DNA from: Harriotta raleighana
Lineage: Eukaryota
Assembly (NCBI GenBank): GCA_050575255.1
Contig: JBNZDD010013730.1
Location: 3,547,538 to 3,611,537, forward strand
Length of the DNA: 64,000 nt
Direction of reading: 5' to 3'
Shown: in pieces, positions 1 to 12,444 of the stretch
How the letters are laid out: each line of letters opens with the position of its first letter
Position numbering within the stretch: position 1 is the first letter of the stretch
Program-made: the position numbers and the translations under genes
Notes under the pieces: generated by a model
The model's database searches: none
Told to the model about the DNA's origin: nothing
What the model saw: only the letters and a program-made list of their open reading frames with translations

Positions 1-94
1 TGAACGGCCTTCTTCATCTAAAGAAATCTTATCCTCTGAAGTGAATTGAATTGGATGAAATTTTAAGTGAACTAAATATATTGTAAATGTGATA

Positions 95-440
95 AAGATC
101 ATCACAGCAAACATATTGTTTCTTGAGAGATTTATCATGAAGAATGTGTTAACATTGATAGATAATGACATCACTTGATGTTTATTTTGCTATTACTGGA
201 CCTTTGATAAGTGATAAATGATAAAATGCATAAAAGCTAAATCAGCGAAACATATATAGAAAAATTACAGATTAATTTATAATAAATTCATGAAAAAAAC
301 AACCAACCAAATGATCCGCAAGGATCTGGTACTATCTTTAATATTATAGTTACTGTGTAAAATTAATAAGCAAACTACATTATCAATAACAGGTACATAG
401 AGTAGACTAAGGATAGATGATGAATTTAAATCTTTCAATG
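95..440 (+). mobile_element. Highly decayed CR1-type LINE ORF2 (reverse transcriptase) fragment
   Basis: RT motif remnants in the expected order: CCTTTGATAAGTG (AFDKV, ~200), CCGCAAGGATCT (PQGS, ~316), GATAGATGATGAATTTAA (DRWQMEFN-like, ~411); many stops and frameshifts. Confidence 0.55.
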
Positions 441-1489
441 ATGTAGATGCTTATGATCTGTGTTGGCTTTGGTCTGTAAATCTCTCACCTCATTTGTTGT
501 CCATATATATTCTGAAACCAGACATGATTTGTGAGACGTTTGGTTCGTGTTTTTAGTTTGGAAATAGTCAACCTGAAGATATCTTAATGCATGTACTTTG
601 AAAGGTACGCAAATAACATTGATATACCGTGACTGTTGTTTGAACTACGTTGAATGGAGTGTGGGAAATTGACCCATTTTAATTAAAGAGATGCTTAGTG
701 CTTATAACAGCTTTTGTTCTGCAATTACATCATTTCATTTGCATACTTTCCCTGCCTGATGTGTATTTTTGGAAGCTGAATATGCTCTGAATCCGCATAT
801 GCTTTGTAGAAACTGTGGTTCATGGATTCGTGGATTTCTGTGGAGAATGGAAAGGTAACACAACTTGCTATTGTACACAGTTTAACAGGATGCAAACTGA
901 GAATTTTAGATGGGTCTACAGTTCAATATAAATGCTGTGTTTGGTGGTATTTAAAGCGCATTAACAATGCTTTTTAAAGTAAATATATATTTGGGAGGCA
1001 AATGATATACAGTACTGTATTAGGAAATATTGAGTGAAGGCATGGAAATCAGAATTACAAAAATAACAGATCACAAGATATGATAAAACGTAGGCTTGAT
1101 GGGGAAATTGCAACTCATGTCTTATATTTACCTGATTGTATTTTGTTCTATTTCTTCCTTGCCATTTCCTGATCTTTCATATTGTTGAGTGAGTCACACC
1201 TACAAGACTTTCGAAAGAAACTGACATAAAATCATTTCTTCCACCAGATTGAAACCCAGTAGATTTTTACTGCCTGACGTGTGATGGGTCAAATCTAACC
1301 TGGGGCAACTCAAACGTAGATAGAAATCATCGAAAATGTTCACATTTAGAATTGTTTGATAACTATTTATAGCATGTAAAACATCTGAATATTATTCAGA
1401 TAATTTCACAATTCTGAAAGTTATTGGTTCGTGGAGGCTTTTCTATGCCACATTATGGCATAGAGATCCCAAATCATTGTTCGATAGTT

Positions 1490-1666
1490 CCCCAGATAAA
1501 ATTGTCATTCACTTCATGGGTGCTTGTGGTACAATGCTGTGTGTAAATTAGCAACCCTGTTCAAACCACACAGTAACTGCACAATTATATCCTGTGAAGC
1601 ATTTTTTGACATTTCCTCCTGATGTGAAAGCTGCACTATCAAAGGCAAGGATTATTATTATTATTA
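1490..1666 (+). mobile_element. Deu-domain SINE, 3' half with (ATT)n tail
   Basis: TGCTGTGTGTAAATTAGC core, TGTGAAGCA...GCACTATCAAAGGCAAGGATTATTATT end, shared with the full-length copies. Confidence 0.8.
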
Positions 1667-2014
1667 ATGAATGAACTGCTGAAGTGTCATAGGAAACGGA
1701 TTTAATGTAGCTTAAGCGATTAGAGGAAGTGTATTTTTGTGATCTATCTGATTACAATGTGCAAATTAAGTATGATTTAGGGTACATGAGATATGTTCAG
1801 TAATCTCCTTCTCTTGTCAATATAAAATAAACAATGGTGCTGGTATCTTCAAACTAATAATGGCACCTTGAACTGCCAAAATGTTATTCTCAGTCGCTCA
1901 TTTGCTTGAATTATCAACAAGACTCATGTCAAATATGAAAAATAAGTTAACTCTTACAGGTGATAACATTTCTGTTGATCTAGGTTCTATGGGCTGATCG
2001 TATAATGGGTGTTT

Positions 2015-2212
2015 GTCTCCAAAATATACAGTCACTACACTTACTTTACAGTAATTCATGTCCTCCAGGTCAGAGAGGCACTATATCAAATGCAGCAGCC
2101 AATTTGCACATGACATAATATCCCACAAAAACAGTCATGAAGTGAACAATCAATTTTATCTGGGAAATTGTTGACTGAGACACTTGGAGAAAATCTCTTC
2201 TTCTTTCAAAAA
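2015..2212. mobile_element. Two abutting SINE fragments in opposite orientation (+ 3' end ~2015-2093; - Deu core ~2094-2212)
   Basis: GGCACTATATCAAATGCA end on +, immediately followed by GCAGCCAATTTGCACA...AAACAGTCATGAAGTGAA on -. Confidence 0.65.
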
Positions 2213-3667
2213 GTTAAGAAAGAAGAACCTTAATTTTTTACTTTCCTCTCAGTTGGGGCAGCAATTATTAGGACCTACTGTAAACATTTTGTGACAGATT
2301 TTAAGATGCCGATATGTATAAAGTATCATAAATAATTAAACCACTTGTGAAATGATAATTAAGAATAGAATCCTAAAGCAATAGATCACTGTTTGATGAT
2401 TGAGCAGAATTATAGAATTTGCATGATATTAGATATAATAATAGTTTAAATATAATTCAAATTAGGACTACAGCAAAATAGACTTAAGAATGAAACTAAT
2501 ACACATGTAGGTTGAGTCAAAATTAACAAATGGGAAATGCACAAATCTTGTACACCTCTGTAGCTTGTAAGCATCTCTGCTGTAGAAATAGATCTAAATA
2601 GAAGTGGGTGAAAATATATGGAGTTGTTTTCCCCATTGGAGTTTATCTACTGTGATCTTAGACTGAAATTGATTCTGTTGTTTTTGCTATTCAAGTAAAT
2701 CAACATGAAATAGGATTATCGCTATGTCCAGAATTACCATTTAAACACGGCTGTGGAGTGATTTCATAACCTTTGCATTGCACCAGCACATTTGCAATGC
2801 AAATAGTTCTAACCTCCAGATATTAATTTCTTAAACTGAACCTTCCCTGTGATTAGTTAGTGATCGTTCCTTTTCCCATTGGACAGTCTCATTTTTTATT
2901 TTTAACAAGCCCGGTGCAGGTTTCTATCACTTGAAATATTGTTGGATTTGCAGTTGTGTAAAAAGACCATTACTGGTGGCGTTCGCAATTAATGCTCCCA
3001 CCAGAGAGCTCACCATTATTGAACCTACTGAAGAGTGTTGGGAGCACTAATTGGGCCTGACGCTTGTTTCACTTTGACATCTATTCTAGCCCTCTACAAA
3101 CAGTAGTACCACCTGTGATATTATTCATAAGTCTAATACAATTACCTAAATGGATAATTAGAAAACCCAGAAAAAAAGGCATTTCTAAATATCATTTAAC
3201 CTTCCAACTACAAAATAAAACTGCAAGACATTTGGCAAGCTTAATTAATTACTACAGTTGCCTAATAAAATGCAACATACAATACATGCAATATTAATCA
3301 AGTTATTTTATTCACCTCAACACTTGTAGTGATGATATTTCATAACATGCACCAAAGCAAAGTTCCATCAAAAAGCTTGCAACAGCTCTTAGATCACTTT
3401 TATGGCATTGCAAGTGGGCAAAGTCCACAATGGGATTCAATGGCCATTAAGTCTCTGGGAATAATACAGGAAAGTGGCCTAAAATCTCTTTACATCCAAC
3501 AGTTTGAAAATGGGGCCCTGGAGATCTGTGATGCCATCATATTCTTAGTGAGATTAAGCTCTACAGGTGCCTACTGTGTCATTCCACAAGAGAAGTCAAA
3601 GATTGATATAGAGGCTCTCCTTGCTATCCACCTGATTTCTGAGTGGAGGGTGTTCTCTTTTTTATAG

Positions 3668-3820
3668 TAATAATAATCCTTGCATTTAATAAGGGCTTTT
3701 TACGTCTTCTAGATGTCTCAAAGTGCTTCACAGAATGTACTGTAAAGTGAGTTGACTGTGTATTTGTGGGCGAAACGCTTCAGGGAATATACTGTAAAGT
3801 GAATTGACTGTATATTTGTC
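3668..3820 (-). mobile_element. SINE 3' fragment with internal ~45-bp tandem duplication
   Basis: AATAATAATCCTTGCATTT tail; the block CTTCA..GAAT.TACTGTAAAGTGA.TTGACTGT.TATTTGT occurs twice. Confidence 0.85.
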
Positions 3821-5049
3821 TGACAATTACAAGTTTGGAAGGATTCAGCTTTTGCAAAACATGAACTATGGCCCTGGTTGATTTTCTGTGCTGTCTCATT
3901 AGTTGTAATATAATATAAATGTAATTTTGATTGATTGATTGCTTGTAAACATAATTTTGCTCTTGACCAAAGGATTAATTGGTGTAGGAGTATTTGGGGG
4001 ATTTTTCGTTTGATAGATACCAGAGGGTGTCTTATCTGCTAAGTGAGTGCTCAAAGCATTATCAGTTCTTGTCAATTTTCATTGTGGACAACAGGCTCTT
4101 CCTGCTTGAGCGACACGCAGTGAGCTGGAGCTTGCTAGTTGGATGGGCTGATGCTAGGAAAAGCTTCCTGGATGGGTTTATATCAGGTGAGTCTTGCTCA
4201 GGATCTCTGTATTGCTGTTTATTTCTTATGGAAATGGATGAACCCCCTTTTTTTAGATGATGCTCCTGGGGAAGACCCCTGAGGGTTTATTGCACAGAAT
4301 TCTCCATCACCTGGTTGCCTCAGCTGTTGGGGGTTTATCTTTCTCTCTTGGGCAGATATGAAGGGACTGTCACGCCATGAATTTTACACCTTTTCATGTA
4401 ATGGCAATATAATGATGATACTGTGTTACTTGAGCGTATTTTGGAATTTCCTGTCGGCCTGCTTATTGTTTCAATGTTTAGAAAGATGAATGTGGCCTCC
4501 GTATGGATGAGTGATTTATTTTGCAACTTGCATCTTTGTCCTGGTGAAGCTTCGTAATATTAATGTTTAGCATAGTAGTGGTTCCTTCAGGTGGGATGGG
4601 ATGGGGTGGGGGGAAACGGGGGAGTTTGCTCAAGTGTTCCTGGACTTTTTTTTTTGCAGACTGCAAGAGAAAATAAATTGTAGTCTGTGGTGAGTCTGCA
4701 AATTGAGGCTGAGGCTGTTTTGCTGACTTTGCTAATGTGAGGTGGACCCACCTTTGTGCCTCTGTGTTTTTCTCTCTGTAAGTCATGCGCTCTGCATTAT
4801 TTGAAATCCCATTCCACTTATTATTCATTGATCAACAAACGATGTAGCTTTAGCTGTCCTGCTATTCTTTTGCGTTTTGAAATTGTTTGTCTTTGGTTCC
4901 CGAAGAATGTTAAATTGAGATTTTTAAAAAAATTGAGGGTATCAAATGCACATTTTGGACCCTATACACCACTTATTCTCTGTTCCTCAGGATCTCTTGA
5001 CAAGTCATTTTTCTAATCCATGATTTCCCATGTTCTTACACTGCTAAAT

Positions 5050-5300
5050 TATAACAATCCTTTACATTTAATATAGTGTCTTATAACATCATTAAGAGGG
5101 CTTCACATCAAAGGGCTTCACAGGAAATACTGTAGAGTGGTTGACTGCATATTTTGTTGGGGAAACAGCAGCTAGTTTACGCATAGTGATGTTCCATAAA
5201 CAGCCATAGTGTGTGTGACCCATTTTATTTGGGAGATTGTTGACAGGAATACTGGAAGAAACTCCCTTCTCCTTTTGAAAAGCGCCACTGGAAGTTCTGA
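5050..5300 (-). mobile_element. Older Deu-domain SINE fragment
   Basis: Diverged tail plus core (GCTTCACAGG...AAACAGCCAT...GGAAGAAACTCCCTTCTCC). Confidence 0.7.
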
Positions 5301-5391
5301 AATACTGCCTTAATTTTGCAACTGGTTTTCAGTAAGTTTGTTTCAGAAATGCTTTACGAGTTGATTCAAATGATCCAAAACAGTATTAATA

Positions 5392-5510
5392 AACAAAAGG
5401 CAAGGTACCTGCAGCTGGTGTGAATACAGAAGTCACTGAGAACATGCAGCAGGTCAGGCAGTATCCATGGAGAGAGGAAAATGAGTTAACATTTCAGTTC
5501 TATGACTTTT
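5392..5510. repeat. Single arm of the palindromic GCAGGTCAGGCAGCATC repeat
   Basis: CAGCAGGTCAGGCAGTATCCATGGAGAGAGGAAAATGAGTTAACATTTCAG matches the arm of the 31.1-kb palindrome. Confidence 0.7.
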
Positions 5511-6234
5511 TGTTTGGTATTATTAAATAAGTTGGTATAGAATCAATCAATTCAGCCTAACACTGTCGACTTCTTAACATAGAACAGTTGGTTGGGAAAT
5601 TTCATCGATTGGTTCCTCACCAGTCAGTTGAGACACTTTGCTTTTAGTTAGACCTCCGCTGACACTCCTCTGAAACGTTACTGCTCTTTGAGAAACTACC
5701 AAGTCGAACATTTAGAGCATAAAAGATACCCTAAAATGTTTTCACATTGAACTGTTCAAGAAGCAGTTAATTGTGTTGGGGGTGAAGGGAGAGAGGAAGT
5801 TGGATGGATGGTTGCAACATGACATTTAAAGGAATTGACAGAAAAGAACCACCAAGAGTGAAGCCTGTGGCTGAATTTGAAAGTTCAGCCCAAACACAGG
5901 AAGAATCAGCACTCTGATAGCTGTTCATATTGTGGGTAATGATGCATAGTCTTTCACAGCCGTTACAGCATTTTGTCTGGTTTGATCTAACCAGGAAACA
6001 GTTATTTCCACTGAGTATGCATTGCATAAAACCTCTCAGAAAGATTAGACGTATTTAGCCACATTGAAGAATATCAGCATGTGTAACCCTCGTGTGCAAA
6101 AAAAAACTTGTCTGAATGTGGATGCCCTGACTGCTTGATTACAACCACAACAATTCACATTTATATAATGATCTTCACGAAGGATAGCATCCCAGAGTGT
6201 TTGGTGAATATTAAAGCTTCCATGTCAATATGCA

Positions 6235-6416
6235 AAAAGGAAAGGGAATTTCTCTGAGTGTTCTGGCCAGATAGGTTTGTCAGTCACCTCAGGGATTTCA
6301 CTTAAGAGACTTGTTGTGTGAAATTGGCTGCTATGTTTGCCTTCAAAATACACAACCACAGAAATTAGCTGCGATGTTTTTACCTTATAGGCACTATATC
6401 AAACACAAGGATTAAT
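6235..6416 (+). mobile_element. Older Deu-domain SINE fragment
   Basis: GTGTGAAATTGGCTGCTATGTTTGCC core and GGCACTATATCAAACACAAGGATT end. Confidence 0.7.
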
Positions 6417-6465
6417 TTAATAACTAACCAATGAAAATTATTTGTCAATTGTTTAAATAATAACC

Positions 6466-7115
6466 AATCATAGAATATTGCAGCACAGAAGGAGTTCGTT
6501 TGTGCTGGCTCTTTGGAAGAGCTATCCAATCATCCCACTTCCCCGCTCCTTTCCCATATTCATTGCAAATGTTTCCTTTTCAAGTACTTATCCAATTCCC
6601 GTTTGAACAACAAAAACAACAGCGAGATTACGTTCTTATCAGTGCCTTTCATGTCGGAAGGACGTTCCAAGGTGCTGGACAATCAGTGTTTTGGACCTAA
6701 GCTGGCGGATGTGATTGGGGAGGGCAGGAGAGGGAAGGAGGATGACTGAAGGCACAGTTGAAAAGGAAGGTCTTGAGAAGAGTCTTAAAGCAAGCAAGGG
6801 AAGAGGCAAGGCGGAGGGACTGTGGGATAGAGTTCCAGAGGGAGGGGGGCAGCGTGTCTGAAGGCTCACCCACCAATGGTGGGGGACGTGAAACCTTCAA
6901 TAAGGTTGTTATATACAGTACTGTAGTTTGTTTCCATCACCCTTTCAGGCAGCGCATTCCCGCTTGAAACAACTCTCTGTGTATAAAAATGTTTCCTCAA
7001 CTCCACTCTAATTCTTTTTCCAATTATCTTAAATCTATGTCCCTGGGTTACCGACCCACCTGCCAGTGGAAACAGCTTCTCCCAATCTAGTCTCATCATT
7101 TTCAATCATTTTAAT
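6466..7115 (-). mobile_element. CR1 LINE 3' end, split in two (6466-6606 and ~6901-7115) by an L2 insertion
   Basis: ORF 6866..7105 gives LFPLAGGSVTQGHRFKI...RKHFYTQRVV...NALP (CR1 ORF2 C-terminus); 3' UTR ends in TTCTATGATT. Confidence 0.9.
6607..6900 (-). mobile_element. L2 LINE 3' end nested in CR1
   Basis: ORF 6697..6900 gives PSLWNSIPQSLRLASSLACFKTLLKTFLF (L2 ORF2 C-terminus); (GTT)-type tail at ~6607-6621. Confidence 0.9.
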
Positions 7116-8564
7116 TTATTGCTAGTTATAAATAAGGACATCTTTAATTGTATGTTCCCACATGTGTTCGCATATGGTTTACAAATAGCGCACAATATAA
7201 CGGTATTTGTATATGGCCCATGATATGTTAAATAATCTATCAATTGCTTAAATTTGCAGTTGAAAACAAAACACTTAACGTACATTAATTTGAAATTAAT
7301 TTTGTTCTGTTTTATCCATGGCCAATGTGCTCCTCCAATACAAAAGAAAGCTAAAATGCCTGTTATATACATGACTGAGTTTCCAGGAGCTGGAAGACAT
7401 TGACTGCTGGCATCAAGAATGTCTTTCAGTCTGAGTGTAGATTCTCCATTACTCTAAACCATGGCCTGAGTGTAAATTGCTGATAGATACACTGCTATTA
7501 TGTTTGAATAAAAGAGGATGTACAAAGGGACCACATCTATTTAATTGTAATTTTTTGTTGGACTTTCTGCACAAGAACAGTTTAGTTTAGTCCTTTGAAG
7601 TGAATGCACTATACAATGATATTTCTAAATAGACCCCAAAGAAAATGAGTTGTAAAGATGCTTTTAGAAAGGAGCGTTGAGCAATTATTTTGGGATAGCA
7701 ATAATGCTACTGCATTTCCTGAACAAAGGTCCAATTAGAAATCATTTGCACTAAAAGCCTCCTATTGCCTCCATTATAAAAGAAGTGCACACCTAAATGG
7801 CATGTTTGTTTTCCGCTGACCCTTTCAAAATCTGTAAATTTGTAATATCTTGCGAGAAGCAGTCTTACTCTTTAATCTAAGGGCTGGGTGAGTGCCCAAG
7901 TAACTATATATGGGACCACTTTAATCAACTAAATGCAACTTGTTAGGCTGCTGGTTTTGGCCTAGTACAAAGAGATACGCAGATGTGAATCTATGAGAGG
8001 TGCTTTCACGGGACATTGGCTGTTAAAAGCTATATGAGATGAGAGGAATGGGCCAAAAAGGGGTGTGTGACGTAGCAGGCAAAAGCCTAGGCACAGTGTG
8101 CAAATGATGCTGTTGCGCTATGTCAGTAAGGGGTTTTGGCGAAGACCAGCTGGTCCCTCTCTCTGGTATCATCTCTTCTATGAGGTACTTGTGAAATGAA
8201 GTGCACAGTGATGGATCTTTGTTTAGTTCAAAGGTTTTTACTACTTTATTCTGAAACCCCATTGTGAATTCATAGGGCTTAAAATATGTATCAGTGTCCC
8301 TTTCATTTTGGTTCTTCAGCAACAAATCAAAGGAGAAAGTTTCTCCAAAAGTTAAAGCTACTTTGAAATTTTAAGATGTTCAGCCCCAGGTATCTCAGTG
8401 TTACAGTCAGGATAGAACCATCACAAAGCTACAAACCAGGTGAACTGACTTTTATGCTGCTTTTCTACTGTGGTACTGTTGAAGCTTAGTTCATTTGAGT
8501 TCAACGTATTTGTTTTAAGAAAAATCTTTTCAAAGTAGAGCTGTGCTACAGATCGATTTTTGTA

Positions 8565-8774
8565 TAATAATAATAAGAATCCTTGCATTCGATATAGCGC
8601 TTTTCACATCTTATCGACGTCCCAAAGCGCTTCACAGAATATACCGTAAAGTGAATTGACTGTATATTTGTGGGCGGAACGTGGCAGCCAATCGCGCACA
8701 GCAGCGTCGCACAAACAGTCATGGATTGAAATGACCAATTTTATTATTGTGGTTGTTTTTGGAGGGATTATTAT
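8565..8774 (-). mobile_element. Young Deu-domain SINE, 5'-truncated
   Basis: Close match to the full-length copies, CpGs retained, (ATT)n tail, no tRNA head. Confidence 0.9.
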
Positions 8775-8944
8775 TGTATAAACTGAACTTTAGATTCTTT
8801 TGAGGGTATGGAAATAAAGTATATGCTCTTTCCATCTTGTGTTGATTTTATAAGTTTAAAATGGTCATTTTTGAAAATTGTTGCTTGACAAATAAGGTTT
8901 TTTGGTGATAAAGCTGTTTGAATATTATTTGGAATATAACTGTG

Positions 8945-9070
8945 CTTACGGGAACCAGTAGGGGAATGGGACTGTAGATGATCACAGAGATATGGTGGGG
9001 CAAGGGATTGAAGGATGTGAAAGCAGGAATAAGAATCCTTGAAATTGATCCCTTCTGATGCTGGCTAGCT
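8945..9070 (-). mobile_element. L2 LINE ORF2 fragment
   Basis: Minus strand reads, across frameshifts, INFK-ILI...LAPPYLCDHL, resembling L2 RIxFKILLLxFKxLxGLAPxYLxxLL. Confidence 0.6.
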
Positions 9071-9929
9071 TCTAGTTTCCTGTATTAAAAAAATGCCAAC
9101 TGTTCGTTCACTGATGCTATTTCTTGCCCATTGCAGAAGTTGCTTTACAAAGGAATCAACGTCACTTGTGTATAATATCTCTTGTGTATAATAAGCATAC
9201 AGACAATGTTTTATCAACATGGTAGTCGGTCATTATTTTCCATGATTTATTATAATATATTGCCTGTGGTGTTAGACTCAAATTACTGCTTTATAAGGGG
9301 GTGACTCTGTATTGTGTTGATTCCATGCAAATTAATTTCCTTTATGAACTCAGAGCAGCAAGATCTGTACACACACATGGACTTAATATTTTCTTCAGTG
9401 TGTAGGCTAGGAGATATAATGCATGATACAATCGAGAATTATGACATATGTGGTGTAAATATACATTTAGTGCTATTTGTCATGTGTTAATGGGATCCCA
9501 TTTGTTAACACATTCTCCTGACAAATATGGCTACAAAACTGCCCAATGATTTAGATTTTTCACTTTACAAAAAAAGGACATCAGTGAAGTTTCATTCATC
9601 TTTGTTCTTTAGAAACCTTTTCTTCTTCCATAGATCTCTCTGCAGGTGATTCAAGGTGAATATGACAGATGAATGGAAACCGACTCTTTGGTCAAGGAGA
9701 ACTGTTGTACAAAGCTTGAATGGTTCCGATTTTTTCTCCCCGCCCTCTCTCCAAAGCTGTTTCAGTAAAACCAGCTAAGGAAACCATAAAATCATTAAAC
9801 CACTATTGACTATATGAACTTTAGTTAAACATTGCCTATCTATGGAACCTTATATTTTCTACTGGTTGTAGCATAATAAAAATCTAGAATAGATACGTAT
9901 CATTTCCATAGTTGTAAGGGACTGAATAA

Positions 9930-10190
9930 AAGCCTTACTGTAACAAGCGCTTTGCAGGATTTACTGTCCGCTATAGTAACTGTATTCTGGAGGTGAACAA
10001 GGCAGCTAATTTGCACACAGCAATAATTCACAAACAGCAATGAAGTAAAGTTTTATTTGAATTGCTGGCCGGGACACTGGGAGAAATTTCCTTCTCTTTT
10101 CAAATAGTGTTGTAGAATCTTTAACATTCACCTGAACAGACAGACTGGAGGGATCTTGGTTTAACAATTTACCTGAAGGATAGTGGAGAA
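9930..10190 (-). mobile_element. Ancient Deu-domain SINE (SacSINE1/AmnSINE1-like)
   Basis: GGCAGCTAATTTGCACACAGC...GGCCGGGACACTGGGAGAA...ATCTTTAACATTCACCTGAACAGACAGA...GGTTTAAC, matching the Deu domain as recalled. Confidence 0.8.
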
Positions 10191-12084
10191 AAAATAGTTG
10201 CATCGGTAGAATTCTAAATCTCTACTGTTTAATTAATTACCATCTGTGTTTTTGACAAGTGGATCAGAGATTTTCAGCAAAATTTCCTCCAATTCATGCT
10301 AGATGACTGATTACAACTTTTTGGGAGAGCAACATAGTAAAGTATGAGGCATTTAAAGATTTCAGTACAGCACAAATGTTTGAAATATAAACGTCTACCA
10401 GAATTCAGATGAAATGTGAGGCTAACACTTGTGTACCCTGCTATTAGACTGTTTTTAATGGATCTAGGCTATTGAAGCTATATATAGCAGCTCTCAGTGA
10501 CTGTAGGTCTTGATTAACTAATTACCGTTGGCGGGTCAGCCTTCTTGTTCCTACTTAATCATGATTATTATTAGACAATATGCAAAAAATTCCCCATGTC
10601 CATCTCTTTGACTGTTCATTGCTCTTCAAAGTGATTACATACATGATCTATATATGAAAATAATGCATTAAAATAAATCTAAAAATACATTTTGATTGGT
10701 ACATAAATACACAGAAGATTAAGCTTTTAAGAATTTAATGTTTTCCTGAAGGATATAATGACATTACGTTAATGTAGGCCATTATAGTTACCTATGTACT
10801 GCTGTCCTATGGACAAAGAGATGTGAACAAGCCTAAACGATTTGATGCTTTTACAATTGTGTCCTATCAAATGAATTCAACAATCGAACAGTTAACAAAA
10901 CAGTGAGTGAAATATTGAATGGTGATCTAAATATGTAGCTCAATTTGGGTATACAGTACACTGTTCTGTGCTTTAGATTTGTGCTGCACAAACTACAAAG
11001 CATTACTGCTTGCAATAAGTTGGAACTAAGTCGCCAAAACTGAATTGACATGTTTATCATAAACCCAACATCTTTCAGTGATTCTCCACATCCCACACAA
11101 TTGGTGTTCCAAACTTTCCCCTTAGTATTGAAAAGTTTTCCTCCATACAACAACAACAAAATTATATTTGTGTGGCGCCATTCATGTCCGGAGGATGTCC
11201 CATACATAGGTGGCAACCATTTGCTTGGCTTAACATGAATTCCACTGTTGACTCCAGAATGAAGATACTGAGGATGGTATCAGTATGAGGCTATTGTTCA
11301 CAGGCACAGACCTAGGTTGCTTTCAATATCAAATAAATTTCTTCCTATTACTTGGTGCATATCATTTTTATCTTAATAAGTCCACAGAATAATGTATGGC
11401 AAGCTGATTTGTTGTATCACATACTATATAAAAGCAGAGGCTGCTTGGTGTGTGGTACAAGCAAATACTTTATGCTTCATAGTCTTAGATCACTGTCTTG
11501 CATACAGTGACTGAAGATCTCAACAGGAAGCCATGCTTACAAATAATAAATCAAGATGGTATGATTGCATTTTGCAATGAGAATTTTTTTCCAAAAGATG
11601 GAAATTCAAATATGCTTTTTGTACATAACAAATTTGGAGCAGGTGCATTAAAATATTTGCTACCAATAATAATTTTTGTTACGTTGAGAAATATATCCAT
11701 TTACATAAAGATAATGTTCTTTGAAAAGATATGATTTTTTTTTAATAAACCAAGATGCTGAGAGGAACTTTCCAGTGTAATCCTATATATTAATTAATAT
11801 TAATTAGTTACAGGCTGTCCTGTATCTAGGACAGCATCCTGAAAATGTTATAATAGCAACAATTTGCACAATTGACCTTATTCTATGTTTATAAAAATAT
11901 ATAATATACAGTATATAAAATATAACCCTTGCATTTGATACAGCGCCTTATCACGTCTTCGAGACCAAATAACTGTAGATAATCTTTTTCTGCCTCTGCC
12001 ACCTCTGTGTGCTGTCATTTGTTTCTGTTAACAGTGGGACAGCATCACTCGACGAGAGAGAGAAAGATTGAATTCGCTATCGGT

Positions 12085-12444
12085 GTGTGACCAATATATT
12101 CAGAATGTGGAATATATTGTATAAAAGAGAATATTAAAGATTTTGGGGGGGAGGTAGGGGGGGGGAAAGTTGCAAATACTGTATCGTTGTCACTATTCTT
12201 TCATGCCTATAGATTGCTAGACTTACTCAGACTGAAACCAACCACCCTGCAGCATCACTTGTCATGTCACAGTGATAAAAACCATAACCATTTGCACATC
12301 AACAGTAACCTTATTGTCTGTGTATGTGGGTTGGTGTGTCAGTGGCAGTTACTGTAAGATTGTGTGGCAGAAGTGACAATGGAATCACCTTTATGATGTT
12401 ACAACTCACAGAGAGACAATGTCAGCGGACCAGAGAAAGTAAGA
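12085..12444 (+). promoter_or_regulatory. Candidate Pol II promoter and first exon
   Basis: CCAAT at 12091, TATAAAAG at 12120, repeat-free sequence, donor AAA|GTAAGA at 12438/12439. Motif evidence only. Confidence 0.3.

Noticed and set aside
776-854. Open 79-nt segment ending AAG|GTAACA as a coding exon (also the acceptor at 52912)
   Set aside because: Weak acceptor or no matching donor, and the peptides are unrecognised.
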